A stretch of 64,000 nucleotides of DNA from Callorhinchus milii (taxonomy: Eukaryota). The position numbers were made by a program, and so were the translations under genes. The DNA lies in assembly GCF_018977255.1 (NCBI RefSeq), contig NW_024704742.1, positions 88,538,001 to 88,602,000 on the forward strand, given 5' to 3'. Position 1 is the stretch's first letter, and each line of letters begins with the position of its first letter. Of this stretch, positions 50,325 through 63,473 are shown piece after piece. The notes beneath the pieces were generated by a model. The model was not told where the DNA came from. It made no database searches and was given only the letters and a program-made list of their open reading frames with translations.

Positions 50325-51062
50325 CTGTATAACAGAACAAAGAACTCTGAGATACAGTAACATTTCTGAAATAAATGAATCATTAAATTTGATCATGATG
50401 AGCCTGCTTTATAATTGCTGAATGAATGAATATCACCTAGAAGATAAAATGAGGGCAACATGGGGTTCACAACAAGAAATCACTCATATCAAAACGGCAT
50501 ATGAATTACACACAGTACATGAACTACAAAAACAACAATAATAATAATCCTTGCATTTGATATTGGGACTTATCACGTCTTTGAGACGTCTCAAAGCGCT
50601 TCACAGAATATACTGTCAAATGAACTGACTGTATATTTTGTGGGCGAAATGCGACAGCCAATTGCACACAGCTGTGTCCCAGAAACAGGTGAAGTTGAGT
50701 GACCCAATTATTATTATTATTTTTTATACAATAAAAAGGTTGTAAATCAAAATGTTTGGCTTTTGGAAATATTAACTAAAGAAAGCATAATTATTGAAAT
50801 GTATGTGAATAAATTTAACTTCAAACAGTGTTTTATCATTTAAGTGTTTGTGTGTCACATTTTCAGTAGCAGCAACATTTGCTCTATAGTCCAAGATGTG
50901 AAGCTGTATATGGTGCCTTTGGCTGTTGCTGTACACTTTGTTGTTTAACTTAATATAGTAGTACTGTGTAATAGAGGTGAAAAGTGCCTACACCACACAT
51001 GTCATTTCAAATTTTAACGAAAGGAACTACTTCGCTACAGAAATAATCAGACTAAATGGTAC

Positions 51063-51232
51063 CTCTGAGATGTGCTATTGGAAAGCAGGTTGGATGATCT
51101 TCTCTGTGGAGCGGAATGATTTGGAAATTCACACATTTCGCTCGAAGACTGCCTAAGGCTGGGACTGATTGGGTAACTCTTAAGCTCCGATGTATCATCA
51201 TTAAATTCATCGTAGGGGTCAGATTCTTTGCT
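51063..51232 (-). CDS. SPATA6L: SPATA6-like exon
   Basis: cctgtag|...|gtacc; 170 nt, phase 0-2; open frame SKESDPYDEF...NSTSQ. Confidence 0.7.
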
Positions 51233-52971
51233 CTACAGGATGCCAAAGTATCTGGTCATTAAATTACTTAATTTGAAAAAGGAAAATAAAATCTACCCTG
51301 AGAGATCATGTTTATCTACACTTCCCCATTAGATTATGTAGGATTCTTTCCCTGGAGCGAATGTGAAAAAACCTATAAAATTCTATCCAAGTTAATAATC
51401 TCTCGACTGAAATATAACAAATTTAATTTGTTTCAATGGCTTAGCAGCTCTACTAGTACAGAAGTAATATGCGTCTATCTGACACCCTTTCAAACTTGTA
51501 TTTTTTGCAAATTTTTTGAATAGCCAGCTGTGCTACAAGATGGTAATTTAGTAGAATACTCCTTCTGTGATGTACACAACAATCACTGTTTAGTACTGAT
51601 TGTAGTATCCTTTTTAAGTACACAAATGTGAACTAAATCAAGAGCAAGAATAAAATGTTGAAAGTGTTGATTGTACATCTAAACCTTATGTTAAGCGCAA
51701 ACGTCAGTACTGAGAAAAATGTTTTAGGAGGTTACAATTACTGTGTGTTCTGAAAATTGCTTGAGTAAAAGGATGTTTTATTGTGGCAAAGGGATTAAAC
51801 TTGAAAAACAGACAAAATATAGTCACTTTATGTTACAGCAGGGTAATATGAGTACTACATGCTCTGTTCTATTTTTGTTAAAGTGACATAAACAGAGTGT
51901 ACTGTACCTATCAAGTTAATATACTGCAGTATGCCTTTGTTTATTGATCACCTTTGCTTGATTATTTTATAGCCTTAATGCTCATTGTGAGCTCATGTTA
52001 TAAAATGCACTTTATAAAGAGCAAATATTGCGGTACAGAACAATATAATTCTCGGCACATTTGCAATTATTTATGAACAGTGTTTTACAATCACAATGCC
52101 CCCTGCTGTATGTTCAACTGTAAAAGTTCGGGGAAAAAGTCAGACATTGTTACACTCAACTCATCTGCAACAGAAAATAAAGTTAACTGTAAGAAAAATA
52201 CAGGAGAGTAACAGGACTGTAGAGTTTAACCAACTAAAACCACATAACTTGCCATTGTGAGCACTGTTTGGCAAACAATCCATCTCTTGTCCAGCCAGGA
52301 CGACACTATCCATTAGTACTTTGGCTGGCAGGTTTATAGGAACAAAATGGGAAGTTGGACAGCTCATCTCCAAGGAGACCCCGCTTATGGCCCGCCACAG
52401 GAAAATCGTCACTATTGGTGATTTTGACAACCGACAGCACAAGTTTGAGCAAATGTTATCAAATGGCTGCACAATGCAATCCAAACAAGTACTTTTGAAT
52501 ATGTAATATTGATACATAGCCACAATATGGGGTAGACAGTAGAGGGTTGGCTTATGTATGGGTATATCACAGACTGGGTGGGGAGGTTCTCAGTTGCAAC
52601 GTCAGCTTCACTTCCCACTTTTCACGCTATTGGCAACTGTGTATGTAATTCATATTTGAATGTTTTGTATTCAACCCCCCATGGAGTTTTACTTCATAGT
52701 ATAGGTCTGGTACTGGGAGAGTGCTGAACTGTTGAGGGTGATATCTTTTGGATAAAATGTTATACTGAGGCCTTTCAGAATAATGTTACAAATTCCAAGA
52801 AAAATTGCTACACCTGAAATTCTAGTAAAGTTATCCATTCAGTCTGATGGTATTTCACATATGAATAAACAACTTGAAACGTAACATTTTTGAACTATAA
52901 CTTTTGTCCTACCTTCTTATGCAGGCACAATGAAATTAGAAGATAATATATTTGATTTAAGTTGTTCTTAC

Positions 52972-53003
52972 CTTGTCTGGGCTAAATAGTGATCTGCAAA
53001 AAT
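52972..53003 (-). CDS. SPATA6L: SPATA6-like 32-nt exon
   Basis: tttatttgtgtag|...|gtaag; phase 1-0, DFCRSLFSPDK; exactly restores frame between flanking exons. Confidence 0.7.
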
Positions 53004-53821
53004 CTACACAAATAAAAGAAAAAGAGTACAGTACAAATACTGACTTTTATCTTACAAAGTGATTATTGCTTGATTTGCAATCACTTATGAAATAAAACAG
53101 AAAGAACACTGAACACATCAGGGTCTAAAATAGCAATTTCAAATAATTAAGATATTGCCATTATTCAATATGGGTAAGTCAACTAATGACACTAATCCTT
53201 TAAGATATGTTTGCCTTATCATGTCTTTTGTGGTCAGGTGACTGCCTCAGCCCACCTCATTCCCTGCACTCTTTGCTGCAGGAGGCATCATTGAGACGCT
53301 ACCAAGTTCTACCATACAACGGAGGAGGGAAGGCTAGATATGATTAAGATAATATATTGAACAGGTAATAATCTAGCATCATCAGAGGATTTTAGATGAT
53401 CCCTAAATGTATTAGAGGTTTTAAATTCAGTTCCAAAGTTTATGATGGTGCCTATTGGAGTCTAGGTTGCTCTACCAGTGATTCCAGGCTTTCTCACAAT
53501 CACGCTTCTAACAATTAAGAATAATTTTGAAGGGGTAGATTTTTTTCGATAAACTTATCCTGCCTCGAAGACTTCATTAATATCACTCCCAGACAGAAGA
53601 TTAATAGAGATCTTAGTCATAAGTAGTGCAAGAACTGTTTAGTATATAATAATCTAATGTTAACTTTAGGATTTAGTACTTTTTCTTTATCACGTGGTGT
53701 ACAACAAATAATGTTGTTTCTATTGATTTAAGAAATACTGAGCTACAAATACAGCTATTAAATACATGGTTTAACTTTTTAGATTATTTATAATTATAAA
53801 GAGAACCAGTTAGTATCTTAC

Positions 53822-53936
53822 CGTGATTGCGACATGAAGGAGAAGACGGTCTTGACCGAGCCTTCGGCCTTTTTTCAAAAGAAGAGGAAGATGATAGTCC
53901 TGAATGACACCTCTTCTCTGACGCAGATTTGTCACT
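53822..53936 (-). CDS. SPATA6L: SPATA6-like exon
   Basis: ccttctttgccag|...|gtaag; 115 nt, phase 0-1; SDKSASEKR...SPSCRNH. Confidence 0.75.
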
Positions 53937-54052
53937 CTGGCAAAGAAGGAAAACTTCTTTGTAATTAATTGATGCCATCTTCATATTATAACTTTACCAA
54001 CACCTTTCACCTTGGCGATGCAGTGTAACGATGTGAGCCAAGAATGTTGGTT

Positions 54053-54395
54053 AATAATAATAATCCTTGCATTTGATATAGTGCCTTATCACGTCTTTGA
54101 GATGCCTCAAAACGCTTCACAGAATATACTGTAAAGTGAATTGTATATTTTTTGTGTGGGTGAAACGCGGTAGCCAATTGCGCACAGCAGTGTATTGAGT
54201 GACCAATTTCTTCTTTTTCTTTTGGAAGGAGTTATTACCCCCGGAAAAGTGACTAACAACTGGCTTCCTACTTAATGCTGAGTAAACAGAGGCATGTGAA
54301 GTAAGGAAACTTGCCCAATGTTTCATCCTGCCAGGAATCAAACCCAAGTCTCTCGCTTGCGAGGCGAGTGCTCTAACCACTGAGTTACAGGACTC
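54053..54395 (-). mobile_element. SINE family A (long variant) with 5' extension (54396-54483)
   Basis: full head, body and tail. Confidence 0.88.
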
Positions 54396-55279
54396 ACTTT
54401 TCCCTTTGGGTTAGAAAGTTATGCGTTCATTTTCTGTGTTGCGATCTAAGCTGAGAGCAGCGCAATGCTGGGGAAGAATTGTATAATCACAGGTTCCATT
54501 TTTTGGATGAGTGTTAAATTGAGGTCCTTGATATATCATTGATATGCCACAATTCATATCAGGAGGATGTCTCAAAGTGCTTCTCAGGAACTACTGTAAA
54601 ATGTAGCAACTGTATTTTGTGGACAATTCAGCAGCCAATTTGTGCAGAACAATATGTCCCCTAAACAGCCATGAAAGCAGAACCAAATTTATCTAGGGGA
54701 TTGTTGGCTAGCGCATTGGGAGAAACTTCCTTCTCTTTTCAAATAGTGCCATGGGATATTTAATGTCCACGTGGACAAGCAAAAAAACAACCTTAGTTTG
54801 AATGTTTTATCTGAAGTACAGCACCTCTGCCAATGCATCGCTCACTCAGCAAAGTATTAAAGTGTGATTCTAGACCATGACTTCAAAGTCTTGACAATGG
54901 GACTTGAAGTGACAACCTTCTGGCTCAGAGGCGATAATGCTGAGCCAGGCTAACACTCTACCAATTACTATTAAATTATGAGCAACCTCTGTTCTAGCTC
55001 ACTAGAAAGGGGTTTCCAAATTGCCTAACTCACTACTTTGAACCTTCCTGTTGGCAGAAAAACAGGCTTCTTTCAAAGAGGTCTGAACTGAATTTGAACC
55101 TAGTTACTGAGGTAAAGAAACACTGCAGCACCCAGTTCCTCTCACAAATTTTAAAAGCCCAATTAAATAAAAATAAATTATTTTTGTAGAACATTATTTT
55201 ATCTTTTTTGGCTCATGTGTCAACATGCTTAAGAGTATCCAAACCAAACTGAGAAACCCATGCATCCTAAAGGACTGTG

Positions 55280-55594
55280 GAGTCCTGTAGCTCAGTGGTT
55301 AGAACACTCGCCTTTCAAGCGAGACACCTGGGTTCAATTCCCGGCAGGGCGAAACCTTGGACAAGTTTCCTTACTCCACACGCCTGATAATAGTCCCTCC
55401 AAAGCAAAACAATAATAAATTGGTCATTTTCAATCCACGCCTGTTTGTGGGACACTGCTGTGCGCAATTGGCTGCCGCGTTTCGCCCACAAATATGCGGT
55501 CTATTCACTTTACAGCATATTCTGTGAAGCGCTTTGAGATGTCTAGAAAACGTGAAAAGCACTATATCAAATGCAAGGATTATTATTATTATTA
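55280..55594 (+). mobile_element. SINE family A, well preserved copy
   Basis: GGAGTCCTGTAGCTCAGTGGTTAG..GGTTCAATTCCCGGCAGGG; (TTA)n tail. Confidence 0.9.
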
Positions 55595-57355
55595 CCTACA
55601 CATGGAAATTCCAGAGATAGATTGTTGGAATGGAACGTGCACTCTTTTATTTTATCTTACTGCAGGACATTTGGTATCAGCCACGTGTGGCAAATTGGGA
55701 ATCCAGATTTAGCTAAATTGCATTTTTTATTAGTAAATAAAAAAATGAGTAGTAGACACTGTCATTAGGCATGTGATCTCAGTATTCATATTCGCATAGT
55801 GTATGCCTGTGTACTGTGACCTTTTTGTTTGCTGTTAAAAAGGTAAGACAAAAAGCAGCATGGGAGTGGTTTTGATCCTTGTGGGTTCTTGTTTCTTCTT
55901 TGTTTACTGCTTACTGGTTATCTGCTAAAACGCTGTGTAATACAGATGAAAACGCTAGTCTGGTGTGTCTCACAAAAGAAAGAGAAGACCCGCCCTTGCT
56001 CTCCATCCAGAACGCGAGTTGGATGCGGCTCGCTCTTTGCCATGACTTGCCCTGTTGAAGCTGTTTGTTAGTGGCCTGGCTTGATTTTTTCTGCTGGTCT
56101 GGAATGGTTATTTCAATTGGTCAAGCTGACCATGATAAACAGCTCCCCTCTCCAAACAATACTGCTGCTAAAATCTGGTGTTTTCACTCTGGTTACAGGT
56201 TAAAGGAATAGAAGCCTATCAATTTGGTGAAAGAGAGGCTGCAAAGTTTTTCATTGAATGGTGGTAGATGTTTGTTAACATAATACATGTAAACATTCAT
56301 GTGAAGTATGTATGTATTTACCTGTATTGTGTGAGTGTGTGTAAGGCGTTTTGTACTAAAATTAGCACATACGGCTAAAACTGTGTCGCTGTAGCCACAC
56401 TTGTGGCTAGTCAGCGATTTCTATTGAACAACTTTCTTACTGGATAATAGGAAAAAAGAAAAATCACCATTAGAAAGTCATTCAGCTTACTCCCATGTCA
56501 ACAAGACCATTTTAAGCCTCACCTGACAATCTGGTCCATCAGTGACGTGCACCTCAATTGAGCAGCCTGGCAGACACCCTTTTCCTCAAGGCCTGACTTG
56601 CAACTCTATTATACATCATTGCCTTTCAAACCCTTTCAAGGAGGCACCAAATAGCTAATACTGGAGTTATAATCTATAGTTCATAAATTCACTTTCATGG
56701 CATAAGAATGTTACATACTTATTGTCTAAGCAAAGCAGAATGCAACAGCAGTTTTACTCTCATTACAACAATGTCGCTAAACTCATAAAGTTCATGAATG
56801 ATTTGGATCTTGTATTGGAGCAAATTGAGGCTTTACTCCAGCTCAAGAAAGTAAAACATGTTGTTGTCTTAATAGTAATTTGAGCATTTATGGGCAGAGG
56901 AGGGAAGCCAGATGAGAAGTGGGTTATCCTAGGCTTCCTTTCTTTAAATAAAAGTCTAAAAGATTAATTTATAAAACAACTTATTTTAGGCAGTATATCT
57001 CCTTGATTGGAAACAAAACTAATTATAATGGTATGAGGAATGAACTGGCTGAGGTAGACTAGAGGGAAAAATTGTCAAACAAGGATGTTGAGCCGAGATG
57101 GAAAAGGTGCAGAAGAAAAATATTCCATTAAGAAATAATGCACCAAATAGCTAACAGTGATGTTATATCAATAGTTCACAAATCCACTTTCATGGCATAA
57201 ATAACAATGTTTGTTGGCTCATAAAACAACATATAAACAACTTATTTGTTATCTCAGCAAAGCAGAATGCAATAGCAGTTTTACTCTCATTACAACAGTG
57301 TCTATAAACTCATAAAGTGCATGAATCATTTGATGTTATTACTGAAATCAATTGA

Positions 57356-57422
57356 GTGTTTTTGCTTCTGCCTTGCCTCCTCCTTCCCCTTGAAGGAGGA
57401 GGCAAGGCAGAGGCAAAAACAC
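57356..57422. repeat. 31-bp inverted repeat with 5-nt spacer
   Basis: GTGTTTTTGCTTCTGCCTTGCCTCCTCCTTC-CCCTT-GAAGGAGGAGGCAAGGCAGAGGCAAAAACAC; one mismatch. Confidence 0.9.
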
Positions 57423-58566
57423 GCCTGAAGATTTTCCTCATGGCTTGCTGTCAGGCTCCGCCACTGTTAAATGCTCCGAAATCCTACCCTGAATGAAGGG
57501 CGCTATATAAATGCAAGTTGTTGTAGCTGTTGTTGAAGGTGAAGAATGGCAGTAATATCCTCCCCCTGTAATGTTGCTGCAAAGCAAAACACCTTCAGAA
57601 GGGGTGTTTCAATGTGTAGCAGCAATATTTTTCCTGGAGTGAGTGGGAGGCAAGAGTGTACAAGGGACATTGGCTTCTTTCTCGTCCACAAAATCCTGTT
57701 AGCCCCATTTTTTTCTCACTCTCTGCAGTGCACTGATCAACAACATGCTAGAAGAATAATAATTGTATTTAGAAGTACTTAATAATGATCCTTGCATTTG
57801 ATATAGCGCCTTATCATGTCTTCGAGACGTCTCAAAGCACTTCACAGAATATACTGTAATGTGTATTGACTGTATTTTGTGGCCGAAATGCCCACAATAT
57901 ATTTAATTATATTCAGTACAAGTGTTCAACTGATTTAGACATCCAGAGGATTGTCACCGTTTTCGTGGCAGATAATAATCCATTGATAGTTTTGGTGTGA
58001 CATCTTCTGTAACATGATGGAGTAATGAGGTGAAATGCATCTCTCTGACAACAATAACGACAAGTTACATTTGTATAGCATCTTTCATGTCTGGAGGACT
58101 TCCCAAGGCGCTGATAGCTTGTTTCAGCATTTCTGCAATCTCATATAGCTGTTTTGTAACAAAGGGGTAAGAGGACTTTGTGGACACCCTGCACTGGGAA
58201 AACACACCTTGGCAGTCTTGCATTCTTGCTGTCGCACACAGGTATGAGATACAGCTAGTAATAAATTGAACAACGAACTGCAGTATCCTAATTTATTTCT
58301 GTTTTGTGGTTCAAAATGTCATCAGAACCATGGTTTATACTGTTTCAACAAGCTGTATATAAATATATACAGTGCTGATGGTCCTTTAAAAATGAGCAAA
58401 TTTCCCAGAACTCAAGGCAAAGTAAGGCCTTGTCGTTAAATTGGATGGCACAGCAGTAACTTCACAATATCTGTTTGTCTCAATGTCACTATTACTGCTG
58501 GAGTTGGGCAGAAAGGACGAACATAGCAACACAGACCTGACAGCTTTAGAGTACAGATCTACTTAC

Positions 58567-58596
58567 GTCGAAGTCTAGGAACCCTCCACTTGCCCT
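58567..58596 (-). CDS. SPATA6L: candidate 30-nt in-frame microexon (RASGGFLDFD)
   Basis: ttttcctcttctccag|30 nt|gtaagt; phase 0-0, no stop. Confidence 0.55.
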
Positions 58597-58755
58597 CTGG
58601 AGAAGAGGAAAACGTGCTGGTAATTATAATTCCATCCTTCCCAATCCTCCATGCTTGCCAATTGGTTCCAAGTTATATCAGATGTTAATTCTAGTCAATT
58701 TTCCATCAATCCATAAATATGTTCTTATACAAAGCATAAGCTGCGTGGTACTTAC

Positions 58756-59019
58756 ATGTCGCAATGGACAAGTTGATTTGGACCCGAAATCGATCTTGCA
58801 ATCTTTACGCTCTGGACTTAGGTCCGAAATCTGTCCATCATCTAACGAAAGCTCAAGCAAACACCTTCTACAATAGGCAGACGGGGACCTTTGTCTGGAA
58901 CTGGAAGGTGACACTGGTTTTCTGCAGGTATCAGATTTCTTCTCACACAATCCCTTTCCTCCTATGTTGAATGATTTTGTGGACTTGACTTTTCTAAGGT
59001 GATTTTCCTTTCTTTCTGT
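58756..59019 (-). CDS. SPATA6L: SPATA6-like exon
   Basis: aacacag|...|gtaagt; 264 nt, phase 0-0; RSPSAYCRRCLLELS...PLRH resembles SPATA6 SPSPYxxRRxxELS...RH; acceptor position less certain. Confidence 0.8.
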
Positions 59020-60008
59020 CTGTGTTAAAAATTGTAACAAAATCAACATTACAAAATCTGAGATTGGAATTTTTAAAAAAATTATATTGTTATGACTTCC
59101 AATTTACTCCCATTAGTTTACTTTAATGCATAGCACTATACATTTACTGCAAATTATAACAAAACATGCAATATTAAATGTGGTGAAAAATTTGATAATT
59201 CTTAACAGATTAAATGTTATCAAATCAATTAAGAAATATTATATTATTTCATCTATAGCTAAAGACTGGTTTGAACCTCCGGGCCACACACACCAATCCT
59301 ACGGTTGGCTCAATGGTTGGGCCTAACAATGTTTCCGGGATTTTCAGTACTGTCATATTTGTTCCTGTGAGCATAACCACAGGAGATTTGTGCGGCCGTG
59401 GAAGGAATGAACTTGATCGGTCGCAAAGCTGTTTTGCATTTCATGCTTACTTCATTTCTTTCTTATGTTCATATTATGGGTTTCCTTGGAGCTGAACTGG
59501 CTCCAAGTCGACATGTTTGATCATGGAATGTTAGAATCGAGCCAGCCCTCTGTGGCAGCCTCGGTAGTCCGGTTCCTGGACCAGGTGGGTTTGCAGTATT
59601 CCAGGTTAAAAGTTTGAAAGCTTTCACATATCAACGGCAAGCGATATGGGTTTAGCTGGTTAGACTCCAGCAGTACTGCAATGCACACTCTTGCCAACCA
59701 GCACCTAATACTTTCTGGGATTAGGTAAGCAGGGCGTGTCTCTCCAGGGAAAGCGTGTGCATTCCATTCCAACAATTTATCTCTGGAATGTCCATGTCTA
59801 CAATACAATGCAAAATTACATTTGTATAGCTCCTATAGTCGGGAGAATGTCCCAAGGGGCTGGACAGTCAAGGATTTGGACTCGAGGTGAGATGTATGGA
59901 ATTCTCAGTTTGGTTTGGATACTCTTAAGCACGGTGAGGAGTTTCTGCATATATCAGACACCTGGCTGACCCCCCAAAAAATATTAGAACTGTTTTAAAG
60001 GCTCTTAC

Positions 60009-60101
60009 CAGGCATGAGCTTGAAGAAATCCTCTTTGGATATCTAATACAACACTCAGTAATTGTTGTTGTTGTAGAAAACTCCAGTTTGGGTGAAATTG
60101 C
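60009..60101 (-). CDS. SPATA6L: SPATA6-like exon (end of N-terminal SPATA6 domain)
   Basis: ttccag|...|gtaag; 93 nt; AISPKLEFSTTTTITECC matches SPATA6-family xISPKLEFST; convergent position next to SLC1A1 as in human. Confidence 0.88.
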
Positions 60102-63089
60102 CTGGAATGAAGAGAAGTTTTGCATGGCCAGTTTAAACTACAGTACCATTATTACTCTCTTAAGTCGTAGATTCAAGATCTAATACAATGAAGGCTGTTC
60201 ACACAATAAAATAATATATATTTATTGTCACTCCATCGAAAGCATGCATTGTGTTAACTTCTGAGTCTGATATAATCTTTATAAATTGGGACACTGCTGT
60301 TAGCAATTAGCTGCTGCGTTTCACCCACAAATATACAGTAAATTCACTTTACAGTATATTCCGTGAAGCGCTTTGAGACGTCTAGAAGATGTTGAAAGTG
60401 CTGTATCAAATGCAATGATTATTATTTTTATTACAAATTACATTTATACAAGCATTTAACACATGAAATCACACACATGCATTGGAGAACACTGGATGAT
60501 CTAAAGACTTATGTGCATCATTTTGACTATATAGAACAATCAGTATATTCCAACATATTATAAATAAACACAAATGTATTATTTTAATGAAGCATACTGT
60601 GACAAGATTATCTGTGGTGAGTTAAGTACAAGCAACAACAAGGAAACATAACATTGTTATAACAGGTAGATGTCTATAAGAATACTAGTTGTACATAGCA
60701 GCCATTTTAAATTATCAGACAGGATTCTACTAATCTTCAAATATATCTTAACCAGCTCAATAACTTCATTATTTACACTGCAAGTAGCCACCAATACAGC
60801 TGGAGAGTGAATTTCAGATAGAGGAATAAAAGTGCTGCAAAGCTCAAATTCCTGTGGCAATCAACAAATAAAAAAAGCTGGGTCATGGTACAGTGAATAA
60901 AGAAAATCTTTTCAAGTTGATCATATACATAACCCTCTACATAGAGGAGGAAAAAAGGTTTCTGACAAAGGCATGTTTGTTTGAGACTATCCTCCTGAAT
61001 TTGACGCTATAAAATAAAGATACCACTGCAGCAACAAACAGTTCATCTGATAGTTGAAGCTTCCAGGAGAACACGCTCTCTGGAACTAAAGGAATCAGGC
61101 CTTGGTGTCCCCGCAATGAAAAAGAGTTGGTGCAACACTAAGTTATGTGGAGGACACTAGGAAGGAAGAGTAGTCAAACTCTAGGATCTCCATGACTATC
61201 ATGAATTTTCTGAAATCCTGGGAAACACAAATATGTGAATACAATCACATTGTCAAAGTCCATTCAGAATGTAACTGCTTCTCTTAAAGAGGCTTCTACA
61301 TTTAATGAACAATTCTGCAGAATTTTACTCTGAATCAGCCAATGACTCATCTCACCTAAAGGAGTAGCACCAGTGATGACATGCCTTCACTCAGTGGCAT
61401 TCAGTTACTGATACAGATCCCTCCCAGTGGCATTTTGCCCACAAATATACAGTCAATTCACTTTACAGTATATTCTGTGAAGCGCTTTGAGACGTCAAGA
61501 AGACGTGAAAAGCGCTATATCAAATACAAGGATTATTATTATTAGTTCTGGTAGTGCAGGTCATGCATCATCTACCCCAGATGTGACTGCTACAGTATCA
61601 CTGGGCAAGAAGCTTCCTTCAACTTTCTTGCCAGAATAATCAGGTACTGCACAGCATGCTGGATGAATTTGGTTAGAAAGAGACTTTATACTGAACCTAC
61701 ACTTACTCTGGAGAGTGAAAACACTCTCCAAAACCTTGGAGTACAAGTTAGAAACAGTATTGTAACAACTTGCTTTTCAAGTAGGATAATGTTTGGAAGG
61801 TCTTAAAACCTGGTTTATGGTTATATATGACGAAAGGAAACACACCAGAGCACACTGTTGACACTTTTAACACTGTATACAATCAGTAACACCACAACTC
61901 AACATTATTGATCTCATTTTATTATGTGTCTTCCATAAAGAAAACACTATAAAACTAATATTTGCATTTCTTTGCAGTAATGGCAAAGGGCAATTTGTCA
62001 GGTCAATTGATAGCCCCAGTACATCAATGTGCACCAACAATAATTATTTCAAGAAACTTAGTTAATGGGTTATAATTTCAGACGCTATTTTGCTGACAAG
62101 TTGCTCTTTTGTTGACCATACTCAGACAGTTAGATAGTTTGCTGTTTCATAGTCTTATTGATGGCTCTGCATTCATTAATCTCTGAGGGTAATAATATCT
62201 TCAAAATAATAATAATTTGATTACTTAATCCATGACTGTTTCATTTAATCCCTGACTGTTTGTGGGACATTGCTGTGCGCAATTGGCTGCTGCATTTCGC
62301 CCACAAGACATACAGTCACAACACTTTACAGTATATTCTTTTAAGCGCTTTGAGACATCCAGAAGATGTGATAAGGCACCGTATCAAATGCAAGGATTAT
62401 TATTATTGTTGTGCAACAAGCTGTGTGCAGCATCTTGAGTAATCCAAGCAATGGAATTTATGCTTTAATGCACCAAATATATCCTTGATCATAGTTCTCA
62501 TGTACATATGAAACGTATTTTGTGCCACTTCCGTATCCATTTAGGATTTTACAATTGAATCATTAACTATAGTGCATAAACTAACCCCATATCACCAATG
62601 ATTCACTCTTAAAGTCTTCCTCAGTCTTGAACCTCATTTGAAACACATGGAGCACATGAAATACATAAACCATGTGTGGCACCAGAGTGGCTATTGACAT
62701 GCAGATTGTTTTTCATCTTCTTCCCATATCACCTGGATAAGCATTGAGTAAATGTATTTTCTGTTCATGTATGCCATTAGATTGCAAGTTGATGCATGAA
62801 TTGCAACATGTGAGCAGTCCATGACTCCTCATACTTCTAGATATCTAGAAGGATTGTGTTGACTATCTACTTGATCATGGATTTCCAGTTAATTTAACTA
62901 TCTGTATGTTTTATTACAAAGGATATCGGTAAAATGTTCAATGATCATGGACATGGCAAACTGGTTTTACCTACACCACTTGTGTGAGTCTTGGAAGGAA
63001 CAGAATGCATAAAGATTGAGTATCAGAAACCTTTATACAACAACTAGAACTGCCTCTGAGATGCTCAGAGGCAGTTCTGTTTGTTCCTT

Positions 63090-63473
63090 ACATTTGGTAT
63101 AGCATCTTTCAGGTTGGGTGGATATCCCATGTAAAGTGTAGTGACTGTGTTTTGTGGGCAAACACTGCAGTCAATTTGCGCACTATAAACAGCCATGAAA
63201 TGAATGACCGATTTTATTATGAGGCACTGGGAGAAACTCCCTTCTCTTTTTGAATAGTGCTATGGGATCTTTAATGTCGACCTGAACAGGCAAACATGGC
63301 CTCAGTTTAACGTCTCATCCGAAGGACAGCACCTGCCACATTGCAGCATACCCCAAGCACTGCATCGGAGTCTCAGACTAGAATATGAGTTCAAAGACCT
63401 GATGTGGGGTTTGAACTTACAGAACCTCCGACTCCCAGAGGCAAGAGTGCTACCAACCTAGCCTGGCTGACAC
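63090..63473 (-). mobile_element. SINE family B (Deu-like)
   Basis: reverse-complement head at ~63473 and Deu-like core. Confidence 0.82.

Noticed and set aside
55280..55350. tRNA gene
   Set aside because: The tRNA-like sequence is the head of a SINE; it runs into a repeat body and tail and has many decayed copies here.
55860..55928. 22-aa hydrophobic small ORF (MGVVLILVGSCFFFVYCLLVIC)
   Set aside because: T/G-rich composition easily yields such peptides; no other support.
59271..59495. GC-richer ORF-like block in a SPATA6L intron
   Set aside because: No compatible splice sites or recognisable homology on either strand.
61707..61734. 28-nt minus-strand exon-like segment containing a 9-bp hairpin
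   Set aside because: Not frame-preserving and no homology; probably chance splice-like signals.
1072..62442. many 60-220 aa ORFs with YYYY/IIII runs or Pro/Ser-rich translations
   Set aside because: They are translations of SINE and L2 sequence and microsatellite tails, not host genes.
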